The notes: generated from the sequence alone by a model not told the origin. 63,855 nt of DNA from Candidatus Levyibacteriota bacterium (GCA_038205015.1 JBBRCK010000006.1:1-63855), one strand, 5' to 3'. Positions 1 to 10,225 are shown, numbered from the stretch's first letter. Numbers and translations are program-made.

Positions 1-2
1 TA

Positions 3-104
3 TCATTATACGATATGAAAGAAGACTTACTCAAGGACTTAAATATGTATCACGACGTTAATCTCTATCTAGAAAGAAAGTATAAAAAATTTATTGAAGA
101 ATAA
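3..104 (+). CDS. 3' end of an upstream CDS (partial), unknown product
   Basis: Open frame from the window edge, SLYDMKEDLLKDLNMYHDVNLYLERKYKKFIEE*, stopping 4 nt before the pcrA ATG at 109. Confidence 0.6.
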   Translation, partial: SLYDMKEDLLKDLNMYHDVNLYLERKYKKFIEE

Positions 105-108
105 AGTT

Positions 109-1941
109 ATGGCAATTAATCTATCTATCCTTAATAAAGAACAAAGAGAAGCAGTTACCTCAGTTGAAGGACCATGTTTAATATTAGCAGGTGCGGGGTC
201 TGGAAAAACAAGAGTTCTTACTTATAGAACTGCTTATTTAATTGATAGTGGTATTCCGGATGAAAATATTTTACTAACCACCTTCACAAATAAAGCAGCC
301 GGCGAAATGAAAGAAAGAATATCAAAACTTCTTGGAACAAAACATTCTGTTTTTGTTGCCACTTTTCACTCACTTTGTGCAAAATTATTAAGAATTGAAG
401 GAAATTACATCGGAATTCCAAAAAATTTTCTAATCTACGACAGTCAAGATCAAAAAGACGCAATAAAGGAGGCATTTAACATTTTAGGGTTATCTATAAA
501 AGAATATAAACCCTCCTCAATTCTTAACACCATTTCTCAAGCTAAAAATGAATTAATAGACGAAACTGCATATCCGACTTTTGCCAGAGGACATTTTCAA
601 GAAGTAGTTTCCAGGGTTTATGTAGTTTATCAAAAATTACTAAAAGAAAATGCAGCTCTGGACTTTGATGATTTAATCTTAAAAACCGTTGAGCTTTTTA
701 GGAAAAACCCCGATGTTTTAGAAAAATATCAAAATAAATTTCAATACATCCTTGTAGATGAATACCAAGATACGAATCATGCACAATATTTACTTACAAA
801 ACTGCTCAGTCAAAAATGGAATAACATTTGTGTTGTCGGAGATTTTTCTCAAAGCATATATAGCTTTAGAGGCGCAGATTTCTTAAATCTTACTAAATTT
901 AAAGAAGATTTTAAAAACTCAAAAACATTTTCCCTTTCACAAAACTACAGATCAACTCAAAAAATTTTAGACAGCGCTTCTGCGGTTATTTCTAAAAACA
1001 ATTCGCACCCTGTGCTAAAACTTTGGACAGAAAATAAACAAGGAGAAGATATATCTATATTTGAATCAATAAATGAACAAAAAGAAGCAGAATTTGTAGT
1101 TGAAAATATTTTAAAAATAATGGAGGAAAGACCATCTCTTAAATTCTATGACTTTGCCACACTTTACAGGACAAATGCTCAATCAAGACTTTTGGAAGAA
1201 ATGTTTATTCACCAAGGCATTCCCTATATTCTAATCGGTGGAACAAGATTTTATGAAAGAAAAGAAATAAAAGACGTTTTAGCATATCTTAAAATCTTAT
1301 CTAACTCCAAAGACAAAGTTTCCTTAAAAAGAATTGAAAAAATTGGAAAAGGAAAATTTGCTAAATTCCTGGAATTTGAAAAAAAATTTAGAGAAAAAGG
1401 AGAAGAAAAAACAATCGATATTTTGGATGATGTCATAAAAGCTTGTGATTATTTATCGCTATATGATGAAAAAGACGAGGAAGACCTAGGAAGACTTGAA
1501 AACATAAAAGAGCTTCGCTCTGTTGCAGTAGCTTTTCCCGACCTAACTATATTTTTAGAGAATGTTTCTTTGGTTGAACAGGAATATATTCCAGACCATG
1601 TTAAAGAAGAACAAGGGAAAAAAGATGCTGTCAATTTGATGACACTACACGCCGCAAAAGGCTTGGAATTTGCTGTTGTCTTTATGGTTGGAATGGAAGA
1701 AGGGCTTTTTCCACACTCAAGAAGTATAATGGATAAAAATGAACTTGAAGAAGAAAGAAGACTTTGCTATGTTGGAATGACTAGGGCAAAAGAAAAACTT
1801 TTTATGACTTATTCAAGAAAAAGACTTTTCTTTGGACAGAAAACAAACAATATTGTTTCAAGATTTTTACTTGAATTGCCAGAAGGAATTCTTGAAAAGG
1901 GACTTAGAAAAATATCACTCGATGTTCCTGATTACTTATGA
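109..1941 (+). CDS. pcrA: ATP-dependent DNA helicase PcrA/UvrD (SF1A), compact form
   Basis: LAGAGSGKT Walker A, ILVDEYQDTN, QNYRS, LYRTNAQSR, MTLHAAKGLEF, EERRLCYVGMTRA; ATG 109 preferred over TTG 94. Confidence 0.95.
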   Translation: MAINLSILNKEQREAVTSVEGPCLILAGAGSGKTRVLTYRTAYLIDSGIPDENILLTTFTNKAAGEMKERISKLLGTKHSVFVATFHSLCAKLLRIEGNYIGIPKNFLIYDSQDQKDAIKEAFNILGLSIKEYKPSSILNTISQAKNELIDETAYPTFARGHFQEVVSRVYVVYQKLLKENAALDFDDLILKTVELFRKNPDVLEKYQNKFQYILVDEYQDTNHAQYLLTKLLSQKWNNICVVGDFSQSIYSFRGADFLNLTKFKEDFKNSKTFSLSQNYRSTQKILDSASAVISKNNSHPVLKLWTENKQGEDISIFESINEQKEAEFVVENILKIMEERPSLKFYDFATLYRTNAQSRLLEEMFIHQGIPYILIGGTRFYERKEIKDVLAYLKILSNSKDKVSLKRIEKIGKGKFAKFLEFEKKFREKGEEKTIDILDDVIKACDYLSLYDEKDEEDLGRLENIKELRSVAVAFPDLTIFLENVSLVEQEYIPDHVKEEQGKKDAVNLMTLHAAKGLEFAVVFMVGMEEGLFPHSRSIMDKNELEEERRLCYVGMTRAKEKLFMTYSRKRLFFGQKTNNIVSRFLLELPEGILEKGLRKISLDVPDYL

Positions 1942-2885
1942 AAAATAATCTCTCTCACCCCTTACAATCCAAAGAATGGGCAAATTTTAGGTTAAAAACC
2001 GGAGTTAAATCCGGCGTAGTTGATAATTTATTTATTACACTTCATCCCGTACCTTTTACAAATTTTACAATTGGCTATCTTCCTAAAGGACCTGATTTAA
2101 CCGAAAAAATAATCAAAGAACTTAAAGATTTTGGAAAAATACAAAATTGTATTTTTATTCAAATTGAACCTAATATTGAAAATATTCCCGGTAAAAAATA
2201 TAAATTTAAAGATTTAAAAGAATCTGCTCGTCCACTTTTTACAAAATATTCTTTTATCCTAGATTTAACCAAATCAGATGAAGAACTCTTTAAAAATATG
2301 TCTTCAAAAACTCGCTATAACATTAGGCTTGCCGAGAAAAGGGGAGTTAGGGTAATGGAAGATAATTCCGAAAAAGCTTTCAAAGAATATTTGCGTTTAA
2401 CCAAAGAGACTACTAAAAGACAAAAATTTTATGCGCATAGCGAAAACTATCATAAGCTAATGTGGGAAACGCTTAAGCAAAGTGGAGAAATTGATAAGGA
2501 AAAACTTTCAGCTCATTTGCTTAAAGCAGTATTTGATAATCAGACTTTGGCAACTTGGATTTTATTTGTTTATAAAGACAAACTTTATTATCCATACGGT
2601 GCGTCCAGCACTATTCATAGGGAACTGATGGCCTCTAACTTAATGATGTGGGAGGCAATAAAATTTGGTAAAAAACTTGGGCTTAAAGAATTTGATATGT
2701 GGGGCGCATTGGGAAAAGACCCTAATCAAAATGACCCATGGTATGGATTCCATAAATTTAAAGAGGGGTATGGAGCAAGACATGCCGAATTCGTAGGAAG
2801 CTATGACTTAGTTATCAATAATGTTGTTTATTTAATTTATAAGTTATTAAACAATATTCGATGGGTAATTTTAAAAGTTAAATAA
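1938..2885 (+). CDS. FemAB/FemX-family peptidoglycan bridge aminoacyltransferase (GNAT fold)
   Basis: HPLQSKEWANF, KTRYNIRLAEKRGV, YYPYGAS, SNLMMWEAIK, FDMWG, GFHKFKEGYG; ATGA overlap with pcrA. Confidence 0.85.
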   Translation: MKNNLSHPLQSKEWANFRLKTGVKSGVVDNLFITLHPVPFTNFTIGYLPKGPDLTEKIIKELKDFGKIQNCIFIQIEPNIENIPGKKYKFKDLKESARPLFTKYSFILDLTKSDEELFKNMSSKTRYNIRLAEKRGVRVMEDNSEKAFKEYLRLTKETTKRQKFYAHSENYHKLMWETLKQSGEIDKEKLSAHLLKAVFDNQTLATWILFVYKDKLYYPYGASSTIHRELMASNLMMWEAIKFGKKLGLKEFDMWGALGKDPNQNDPWYGFHKFKEGYGARHAEFVGSYDLVINNVVYLIYKLLNNIRWVILKVK

Positions 2886-3393
2886 CATAAAGTCTTAATT
2901 TATTTTTCTTATCTTCTTCTTTTAAGGGTAAATTAATTTCATAAACAAAACTTACAATTCTTGTTCCTTTTTTTAATTCTTTTTTAAACTTGGGAATTAA
3001 TTTTTCTAAGGTTTTAGGGACTAAATATACAAAAACAACATCTGCGTCTTTTAAATTCTCGTCAAAAAGATTTTTTCTTTTTACCTTTAAAAGGTTAGAT
3101 AAATTATTGATTTTGAAATTTATCTTTGAAATATAATATCTTGTTGGATCAATTTCTAACCCCACCCCTTTTGCACCAAAAACCTTGGCAGCAATTACCA
3201 AAGCTGTTCCGTCACCACATCCTAAATCATAAATTAAATCGTCTTTTTTAATTTTTGCCAGCTTACATATTGCCCTTGCTGTTTTACTATTCGTTCTCCA
3301 CCAAGGTGCCCACGGACTATCCGGGGGCCAAATCATTGACAACATAAAAAGTAAAAAAACAACAATAAATATAATAACTAAATTAAATATCAT
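2878..3393 (-). CDS. Small membrane-anchored class I SAM-dependent methyltransferase
   Basis: N-terminal TM, APWW, YDLGCGDG motif I, GLEID, VFVYL, GTRIVS. Confidence 0.85.
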   Translation of the reverse strand: MIFNLVIIFIVVFLLFMLSMIWPPDSPWAPWWRTNSKTARAICKLAKIKKDDLIYDLGCGDGTALVIAAKVFGAKGVGLEIDPTRYYISKINFKINNLSNLLKVKRKNLFDENLKDADVVFVYLVPKTLEKLIPKFKKELKKGTRIVSFVYEINLPLKEEDKKNKLRLYVI

Positions 3394-3686
3394 TTAAATT
3401 TATAAATTACCTTGCCTAATATCTGGCTTTTTAAAATATAACCAAATTTTCTACTGTCAAAACTATCATTTTTATTATCTCCCCTAACGAAATATTTTCC
3501 GTTACTAATTTTAAGTACCCTTTTTAAAAATATTTGTTTCTCAATCTCAAATGCCACTATATCATTTATTTTGGGGTTTTTAAATAAATATGGAATTCCA
3601 CTTACTAATACCGCTTCTCCATCAAGAATGTGGGGTAACATGCTATGCCCGGAAACCTTAAGACTTAAGAGAAGTTTGTTTGACAA
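3390..3686 (-). CDS. sodX: Nickel-SOD maturation protease (S26 family)
   Basis: VSGHSMLP catalytic Ser, FLKRV Lys, VRGDNKNDSFDSRKFG; directly downstream of sodN; TTG 3686 preferred over ATG 3734, which lies inside sodN. Confidence 0.85.
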   Translation of the reverse strand: MSNKLLLSLKVSGHSMLPHILDGEAVLVSGIPYLFKNPKINDIVAFEIEKQIFLKRVLKISNGKYFVRGDNKNDSFDSRKFGYILKSQILGKVIYKFK

Positions 3687-3690
3687 AGTA

Positions 3691-4122
3691 TTAAGAGGTT
3701 TTCTTTGTTTGTTGAAAAATGTCTGCAATTTCATCTACTGCCCTTACTAATTCCTCTGCTGCTTTTAGACTAACATCTTGTTTATTCTTGGAACAAAGTT
3801 TTGCAGCTTTCCAAAATGTGTCGTTTAAATTTGGGAATTTTTCCAGATGCTCCGGCTTAAAATAATCTGTCCAAAGAATTAATAATTCTTCTTTACATTT
3901 TCTGGCATGTTCTTCTTTGGTTAAGACGCAGCGGACGAATTTATTTCTGTCTTGTACTGAAGAATTATCCTTGGGTAATTCACCGATAAGCTGTATCATT
4001 TTAAGCACCGTTGCAGCAGCTATTTGTGCAGGTTTTGGATCGTAAATTCCACAAGGAACATCACAGTGGGCATAAGCTATTTTTTGAGGTATAAGTTTTA
4101 AAATAATTTTGGGTATTTTCAT
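3691..4122 (-). CDS. sodN: Nickel superoxide dismutase precursor
   Basis: Ni-hook HCDVPCGIYDP after an 18-aa leader; KEEHA, LWTDYFK, SKNKQ. Confidence 0.95.
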   Translation of the reverse strand: MKIPKIILKLIPQKIAYAHCDVPCGIYDPKPAQIAAATVLKMIQLIGELPKDNSSVQDRNKFVRCVLTKEEHARKCKEELLILWTDYFKPEHLEKFPNLNDTFWKAAKLCSKNKQDVSLKAAEELVRAVDEIADIFQQTKKTS

Positions 4123-4157
4123 TATTAAATGATATCTCTGATTTAGAAAAAAGTCAA
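4123..4157 (-). promoter_or_regulatory. sigma70 promoter of sodN, probably leaderless
   Basis: TTGACT (4157-4152), 17-nt spacer, TATCAT (4134-4129), 6 nt, ATG. Confidence 0.7.
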
Positions 4158-4162
4158 AGCTG

Positions 4163-4774
4163 TTAATAACCTAAGGACTCGTTAACAAAAATTATCGTAA
4201 CCCTTCCCGGAACAACTTCCTTATCAAAGATTAAAAGTTTATTTACGCTACTTGGTATGCCATAAAGTTTTTTTAACCTCTCTGATTCAAGCGGAAGAAC
4301 AAATTCGTAAATTCTCTTAAAACCCTCATCTAAATTATCAACTATTTTTTGAGTGCCGATTACCCAAATAACTTTTTTTGCTCCGCCTACATATGCTGTA
4401 ATCTGACTTCCCGTGTTTGAAGCAATTATTGCCTCTCCCTTTTTTGTAATTGCATTAACACTACCAACTATATAATCTGGGGTTGATCTGATAACTCTTA
4501 TTTTATCTGCATCTTTTTTATGATCTAATCCCATATACTCTTTTCTTATGGATGTGTATTTTTCTGAATCACTAAACTCTTCTGTCAATCCTATTTGCTG
4601 TAAGGTCTGGGATGAAGCTGCAAGAACCCTACTTTTTTGAGGAACTAATTCTAAAACTTTTTTTTTCGCCTGACTACTAGTATCAACTAAAAACACTTCT
4701 ATACCTCTTGGTTCTAAATTACTAATAACTTCCTCTACTATTTTTTTATCTACTGTTTTATTCCAATCTTTCAC
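4163..4774 (-). CDS. LUD-domain (LutC/YkgG-like) protein
   Basis: GSVNAITKKG, ASNTGSQ, KKVIWVIGTQKIV, ALPLESER-like motif; GTG start 6 nt after a TTGACG-17-TAACAT promoter. Confidence 0.8.
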   Translation of the reverse strand: MKDWNKTVDKKIVEEVISNLEPRGIEVFLVDTSSQAKKKVLELVPQKSRVLAASSQTLQQIGLTEEFSDSEKYTSIRKEYMGLDHKKDADKIRVIRSTPDYIVGSVNAITKKGEAIIASNTGSQITAYVGGAKKVIWVIGTQKIVDNLDEGFKRIYEFVLPLESERLKKLYGIPSSVNKLLIFDKEVVPGRVTIIFVNESLGY

Positions 4775-4868
4775 ATAAACATGTTAACTTCTTGGTAAAT
4801 TTACGTCAAGTAGTTAAATCATTATTTATAATTTTGTAAATCTTCCTGCGCTGTGTTAATCTAAGTTT

Positions 4869-5330
4869 ATGGAAACAAAATCTCCAAATAAATCTTTGGA
4901 AAAAATAAAAGAACTTTATCCTATAAAGAACGTAAATATAATTCACCACGCAAGATTATCTAAATTAGACAAGCTTGCAATTTTTGTCACAGAAAAAATT
5001 GGAACGATGGGATTTTTCTTTATTATTCTTGGCTGGACTACAATTTGGCTTGGGTTTAATATTCTAGCTCCAAAGAATTTAAGATTTGATCCATATCCAG
5101 CATTTGTTTTATGGCTTTTTATTTCTAATTTAATCCAGATTCATTTAATGCCCCTTATTATGATTGGACAAAATATTCAAGGAAAACATGCGCAACTTCG
5201 CGCGGAACATGATTTTGAAACAGATAAAAAGGCAGAAAAAGAAATCGAAACCATTTTAAATCATCTAGAAAATCAACAAAATCTTATGCTTGAAATTTTA
5301 AAAAGAATTGAAAAACTGGAGAAAAAATAA
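4869..5330 (+). CDS. DUF1003 membrane protein
   Basis: DKLAIFVTEKIGTMGFF, FDPYPAFVL, PLIMIGQN. Confidence 0.85.
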   Translation: METKSPNKSLEKIKELYPIKNVNIIHHARLSKLDKLAIFVTEKIGTMGFFFIILGWTTIWLGFNILAPKNLRFDPYPAFVLWLFISNLIQIHLMPLIMIGQNIQGKHAQLRAEHDFETDKKAEKEIETILNHLENQQNLMLEILKRIEKLEKK

Positions 5331-5349
5331 TATCTATCAAATTGCTTAT

Positions 5350-5856
5350 TTATTTTTTTCCAAAGGAATCTTTTCTAACAACACCTTTTGCAATAAATGA
5401 TGGGAGCACTCCTATTCCATTATTATGGAACACAAAACCGTTAAAATATGCAACGCCATTTTCTGATGCGTCCCTCCCATCAACTTTAAAAAAACCATCG
5501 CCTGGCTTTGATTCATAAGCAATATGAGAATCTCTTCTTTCGGCTGGAGCAGACCTTATTATTATACCCTCCCTAAGACCGTAAACTCTTCCGACTTGAA
5601 CTATCTGGTCTCTTGTTCCTTCATTAATAATGATTCTTTGTTTCTTTTTACTTTTAAGCTGTTCTATTCGTATAGTGGGGGCTACAACCTGCTCTACTCC
5701 TGAACTTACCTCTTCTACATCTTGAGAAATTGGAGGCGTTTCTAATACTTCTGTGCCTATAACATACCCTCCTCTTCTTGCTTGAGGATCAACTCTGGGA
5801 TCTCCTGAATGTGGATGAGATTCTCTGGTATAAAACGCATCTCTTTCTTCACTCAT
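5350..5856 (-). CDS. Hypothetical protein
   Basis: Long ORF with no recognised motif; ATG 5856 follows TGTTATAAT by 6 nt. Confidence 0.6.
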   Translation of the reverse strand: MSEERDAFYTRESHPHSGDPRVDPQARRGGYVIGTEVLETPPISQDVEEVSSGVEQVVAPTIRIEQLKSKKKQRIIINEGTRDQIVQVGRVYGLREGIIIRSAPAERRDSHIAYESKPGDGFFKVDGRDASENGVAYFNGFVFHNNGIGVLPSFIAKGVVRKDSFGKK

Positions 5857-5915
5857 ATGCAAATTATAACATATGCCTGATTGAACGTAGTGCTTTTTTC
5901 CTGTAACATAAAAAT

Positions 5916-6923
5916 ATGCTTGATATCTTATGTGTCGGCGATGCCGTAATCGATATTTTCTTAAAAATAGAAAAAGATAATCCTCATTTTGATTTAGATA
6001 AAGAGAAAAACAAACTTTTAATAAGTTTTGGAGAAAAAATTAACGTTGAGAAATATATTCTTGACGTTGGCGGTAATGCTGCAAATACTGCAGTCGGGCT
6101 AGCCAGGCTTGGTTTAAATACGGGATTATTAGCTGAGATAGGGACCGATGAATTTTCTCAAAAAATAATAAATAAATTTAGAGAAGAAAAAGTAGGCTCT
6201 GATTTAATAATCCGATCTGAAACAGAAAAAACCTCTTTCTCGGTTGGAATAAACTATAACGGCGAACGAACGCTTTTTGTCGAGCATGTTACAAGAGACC
6301 ACAATTTTAATTTAGAGAATATTAATACAAAACTTATTTATTTAACTAGTCTTGGAAAAAATTGGGAGAAAGCATACTCCGAGACACTTTCTTTTGCGCG
6401 CAAAAATAATATAAAACTTGCGTTTAACCCCGGAACGTTGCAAATTGAAAATAGAAATAAACTTGTAACTGAAGTTATTGAAAATACTGATTATTTATTT
6501 ATTAATAAAGAGGAAGCTGAATTAATACTTTATGGGAAAGAGCTTGGCGTCAATTTACATGACGGTAATGAAAATATTATTAAAAAACTATTATTTGGAA
6601 TAAAAAGTTTGGGAGCAAAAAATGTAATTATCACTGATACAAAAAACGGTTCTTTTATTTATGGTGAAAATAATAGAATGTATAAATTTGGAATAATAAG
6701 TGTTGAGGTAGTAGAAAAAACAGGAGCAGGAGACGGATATGCTGCCGGTTTTTTAGCAGCAATTAATAATAATTTATCTATGCAAGAAGCAATGCTGTGG
6801 GGAACAGTTAACTCTTCATCGGTTATAACCCAAATTGGGGCACAAAAGGGATTGATGTTTAAAAAAGAGATGGAAGAAAAATTAAAAAATTTATATAATC
6901 GAAAAATCGAAGAATTAACATGA
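5916..6923 (+). CDS. PfkB-family carbohydrate kinase
   Basis: GGNAANTAVGLARLG, FNPG, NKEEA, EKTGAGDGYAAGF. Confidence 0.9.
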   Translation: MLDILCVGDAVIDIFLKIEKDNPHFDLDKEKNKLLISFGEKINVEKYILDVGGNAANTAVGLARLGLNTGLLAEIGTDEFSQKIINKFREEKVGSDLIIRSETEKTSFSVGINYNGERTLFVEHVTRDHNFNLENINTKLIYLTSLGKNWEKAYSETLSFARKNNIKLAFNPGTLQIENRNKLVTEVIENTDYLFINKEEAELILYGKELGVNLHDGNENIIKKLLFGIKSLGAKNVIITDTKNGSFIYGENNRMYKFGIISVEVVEKTGAGDGYAAGFLAAINNNLSMQEAMLWGTVNSSSVITQIGAQKGLMFKKEMEEKLKNLYNRKIEELT

Positions 6924-8689
6924 AAAATATTTTAAAAATTATTGCAATTTCAAAGCCACTTCATGGGTTAATAATTATATTAAGCGGATTAATTTTAACA
7001 TCTTCTCTTTTGGATTTGGTTGCACCAATTCTTTCTAAATTTATTATTGACAACATCGTCGCAAATATCCAAACAAAATCCGGAAATCTAAATCAGCTTA
7101 TCATTTTAATCACTTTATCATTTATCGCATCGCTATCAAGCCTGGTTATTACAACCATTAGCGATAGAATTGGTGACCACACTGCGGGAAAATTAAGAAA
7201 ATTTTTAACAGAAAAATTTTATCACAAGGTGTTAACGCTTCCTCAAAGCTATTTTGACTCCGAACTATCCGGAAAAATTGTCAACCAATTAAATAGAGGG
7301 ATTTCATCAATTCAAGATTTTATTAATACTTCTTCAAATTTTATTCTTCCTGCAATCTTACAGAGCATTTTTACAGTAATAGTTTTAGCAATTTATAATA
7401 TTCCGATTGCAATTTTTACGTTTCTTCTTTTCCCACTATATATGCTTATTTCTTATCATTCGACTGTTCAATGGGGAAAAAGAGAAATCGAAAAAAATAA
7501 AATTGAAGATGCAAATAAAGGAAGAATCCAAGAGGTAATATCAAGTATTCCACTGGTTAAAAGCTTTAATAACGAATTAAACGAATTTAGAACCGTTTCA
7601 AAAAATTTAAAAGACATAAATTCAATCTATGCAAAACAAAGCACCACTTATCATATTTTTGATTTTTTCAGAGGATTTAGTTTAAACGTAGTTTTACTTT
7701 TAATTAGTGTCGTTGTTTTCTACAATGCTTTTAAAGGCGCTCTCACCCTAGGAGAGGTTGTTTTAATCCTGCAGCTTGTCGCTCAAGCAAGAAGACCGTT
7801 GTTTGCAATGTCTTTTATACTAACTAGGGTTCAAACCGCGGAAAGCGGGTCCAAAGAATTTTTCCAAATATTAAATTTAAAGTCCTCGGAAAGCTTTGAA
7901 GATGAAATAAATATTAAAAAAATACAAGATGCGACAATTGAATTTAAAAACGTATATTTTAATTATACCCAGGAAGAAAAGGTTTTAGAGGATGTTTCCT
8001 TTAAAATTACAAAGCATGAAAAAGTTGCACTTGTTGGACATAGCGGCGCTGGAAAAACTACAATTATTAATTTAATTCTTAAGTTTTACTCCCCAACCAA
8101 GGGTCAAGTTTTTCTAAAAAACAAATCTTATGGGGATTTAGATCATAAGTTTATAAGAAATAATATTTCATTAGTTTTCCAGGAAAACGAGCTTTTCTCA
8201 TCAACGGTCAGGGAAAATGTTGCTTATGGAAGAAGTAATGCAACCGATGATGAAATCATAAATGCTTTAAAACTTGCAAACGCATATGATTTTGTAGAAA
8301 AGTTTCCAAAAGGCCTGGATAGTGAAGTTGGAGAAAGAGGCGTTAAATTATCAGGTGGACAAAAACAAAGAATTCAAATTGCTCGGGCGATATTAAAAAA
8401 TTCACCTATTTTAATATTGGATGAGGCAACCAGCTCTTTAGATGCAAAAAGTGAAAAAGAAGTTCAAGATGCTTTGGAGTATTTAATGAAAAATAGATTG
8501 GTAATTATTATCGCACACAGATTCTCAACTATTCAAAATGTTAATAAAATCATTGTTATTGACGAAGGAAAAGTAGTTGATTCGGGTAGTCCACGAGAGC
8601 TTTCTAATAAAAAGGGTGTCTATTCCGAACTTTTACAATATCAAATTGAGGGAAACAAAAAACTTCTGGAGAAATTCGATTTACAATAA
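6920..8689 (+). CDS. ABC exporter, fused TMD-NBD (MsbA-like)
   Basis: Six-TM N-terminal half; GHSGAGKT, LSGGQKQR, LILDEATS, IAHR. Confidence 0.92.
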   Translation: MKNILKIIAISKPLHGLIIILSGLILTSSLLDLVAPILSKFIIDNIVANIQTKSGNLNQLIILITLSFIASLSSLVITTISDRIGDHTAGKLRKFLTEKFYHKVLTLPQSYFDSELSGKIVNQLNRGISSIQDFINTSSNFILPAILQSIFTVIVLAIYNIPIAIFTFLLFPLYMLISYHSTVQWGKREIEKNKIEDANKGRIQEVISSIPLVKSFNNELNEFRTVSKNLKDINSIYAKQSTTYHIFDFFRGFSLNVVLLLISVVVFYNAFKGALTLGEVVLILQLVAQARRPLFAMSFILTRVQTAESGSKEFFQILNLKSSESFEDEINIKKIQDATIEFKNVYFNYTQEEKVLEDVSFKITKHEKVALVGHSGAGKTTIINLILKFYSPTKGQVFLKNKSYGDLDHKFIRNNISLVFQENELFSSTVRENVAYGRSNATDDEIINALKLANAYDFVEKFPKGLDSEVGERGVKLSGGQKQRIQIARAILKNSPILILDEATSSLDAKSEKEVQDALEYLMKNRLVIIIAHRFSTIQNVNKIIVIDEGKVVDSGSPRELSNKKGVYSELLQYQIEGNKKLLEKFDLQ

Positions 8690-8690
8690 T

Positions 8691-9248
8691 TTACTTAACA
8701 CCTAGAAGTTCTACTTCAAAAATCAAAGTGGAATTTGGCGGAATGCTGCCCGCCGCTTGTTGCCCATATCCTAAATCAGGCGGAACGACTAATATCCTTT
8801 TTCCTCCGACTTTCATTCCGATAATTCCCTCATCCCAGCCTTTAATTACTTGGCCAACTCCGATTTGAGTTGTAAACGGAGCATTTCTATCATAAGAGCT
8901 GTCAAATTTTGTTCCGTTTGCCAAAGTTCCCAAATAATTTACGGTTACCGTATCTCCGCTTTTAACCTCTTTACCGCTTCCGGTAGCTTCATCTTGAATT
9001 CTTAAACCATCTGCTGTTACTTTAAAATCGTTCATATTTAACTGTTTTGATTTCTGTTCTACTGGTCCCTGTGTTGGAGAAATTATTATACCATTTGCAG
9101 GAGAAATTGTTGGGGATAAAATAGGAGTTGGATTAAAATTTATGTCTGTTGAGGGTTGGCTTTTTTGATTTGATAACAAGAATATTCCCATCACTCCCGA
9201 AAAAATTACAGCTAATACAATTAGTAAGGGAACAATATTTTTTAACAT
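8691..9248 (-). CDS. FKBP-type peptidyl-prolyl isomerase with N-terminal TM anchor
   Basis: VNYLGTL, FDSSYDR, GQVIKGWDEG, LGYG, IPPNSTLIFEVEL. Confidence 0.93.
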   Translation of the reverse strand: MLKNIVPLLIVLAVIFSGVMGIFLLSNQKSQPSTDINFNPTPILSPTISPANGIIISPTQGPVEQKSKQLNMNDFKVTADGLRIQDEATGSGKEVKSGDTVTVNYLGTLANGTKFDSSYDRNAPFTTQIGVGQVIKGWDEGIIGMKVGGKRILVVPPDLGYGQQAAGSIPPNSTLIFEVELLGVK

Positions 9249-9325
9249 AAAATGAATAATACTATATTTGCATAAATTTGTTAATACGCAAAAATTTGAG
9301 CAGTAATTATCTTAAAGACACTAAT

Positions 9326-9541
9326 TTATTTTTTGCCACACACCTTGCAATCTCCTTTATGCATAACTAAGAGGTATAACGCCGAAAGACCAACTAACAC
9401 ATAAACCAACGTTTCAAGCATTGGAACTGATCCAAATACTAATGTGACAAGATTGTAGCCAAAAGCAAAAAGCAACCAATTTATTCCTCCAACAAACAGA
9501 AGAAGAACAGCAGCCACGTGTAATAATTTCTGGTAATCCAT
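9326..9541 (-). CDS. DUF378-family small membrane protein
   Basis: GGINWLL, NLV, YVLVGLSALY; SD GGGGGTGA before ATG 9541 (the called GTG 9550 is part of the SD). Confidence 0.8.
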   Translation of the reverse strand: MDYQKLLHVAAVLLLFVGGINWLLFAFGYNLVTLVFGSVPMLETLVYVLVGLSALYLLVMHKGDCKVCGKK

Positions 9542-9559
9542 TACGCTCACCCCCTTTCT

Positions 9560-9907
9560 TTAATTTTTCTTGGGTAAAAGCTTGTGAACAAATGTATTAG
9601 CGATTGAAAGAACTATACCAAAGACAAACGCCCAAAAAAATCCGTTAACTATAAAACCTGGCACTATTTTACTTACCAAAAGAATTAATAAGGCGTTTAG
9701 AATAAAAGTGAAGAAACCAAGCGATAAAATGTTAATTGGAAGCGTTAGAATTAGAAGAATTGGCCTCAAAAAAGCATTGACTATTCCCAAAATTAAAGCT
9801 ACTACCAGAGCAGTTGTAAAATCAACTACATGAACCCCCGCCGGCATAATATAAGCAATACTAAAAACAACCATTGCGCTAACAATCCAATTAATTAGTA
9901 TTTCCAT
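9560..9907 (-). CDS. YvlD-like 4-TM membrane protein (phage holin family 4)
   Basis: VNAFLRPILLILTLPINILSLGFFTFILNALL; ATG 9907 follows TATACT by 7 nt. Confidence 0.88.
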   Translation of the reverse strand: MEILINWIVSAMVVFSIAYIMPAGVHVVDFTTALVVALILGIVNAFLRPILLILTLPINILSLGFFTFILNALLILLVSKIVPGFIVNGFFWAFVFGIVLSIANTFVHKLLPKKN

Positions 9908-9979
9908 TAATATTAGTATACACAATGTGTTTTACAAGGCAAGGGGTTAAGTAACATTTTAAAAATTGAGAAGTTATTT

Positions 9980-10225
9980 TTATTTAAAATCAAATTTCGA
10001 GTCTCCTGAGTTAACGCTATCTTTTGCTAATTGAAGTGCATCTTCACGAGCGATTATCTCATCAGCTTTTCTTATTAAACCTTCTTTTCTTCTTGAATAA
10101 ATTTCTCTTCCTACCAAAATACTAATTGGCAAAGTTGCAGTTAATACTGCTACAGTTGTTTTTATAACCTCTTCCTTATGCAGATGCGGAATACGTACTG
10201 GGCCACCTTCTATAATATTGATCAT
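9980..10225 (-). CDS. Hypothetical single-TM protein
   Basis: ORF with one hydrophobic segment; fills the gap between same-strand genes. Confidence 0.5.
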   Translation of the reverse strand: MINIIEGGPVRIPHLHKEEVIKTTVAVLTATLPISILVGREIYSRRKEGLIRKADEIIAREDALQLAKDSVNSGDSKFDFK

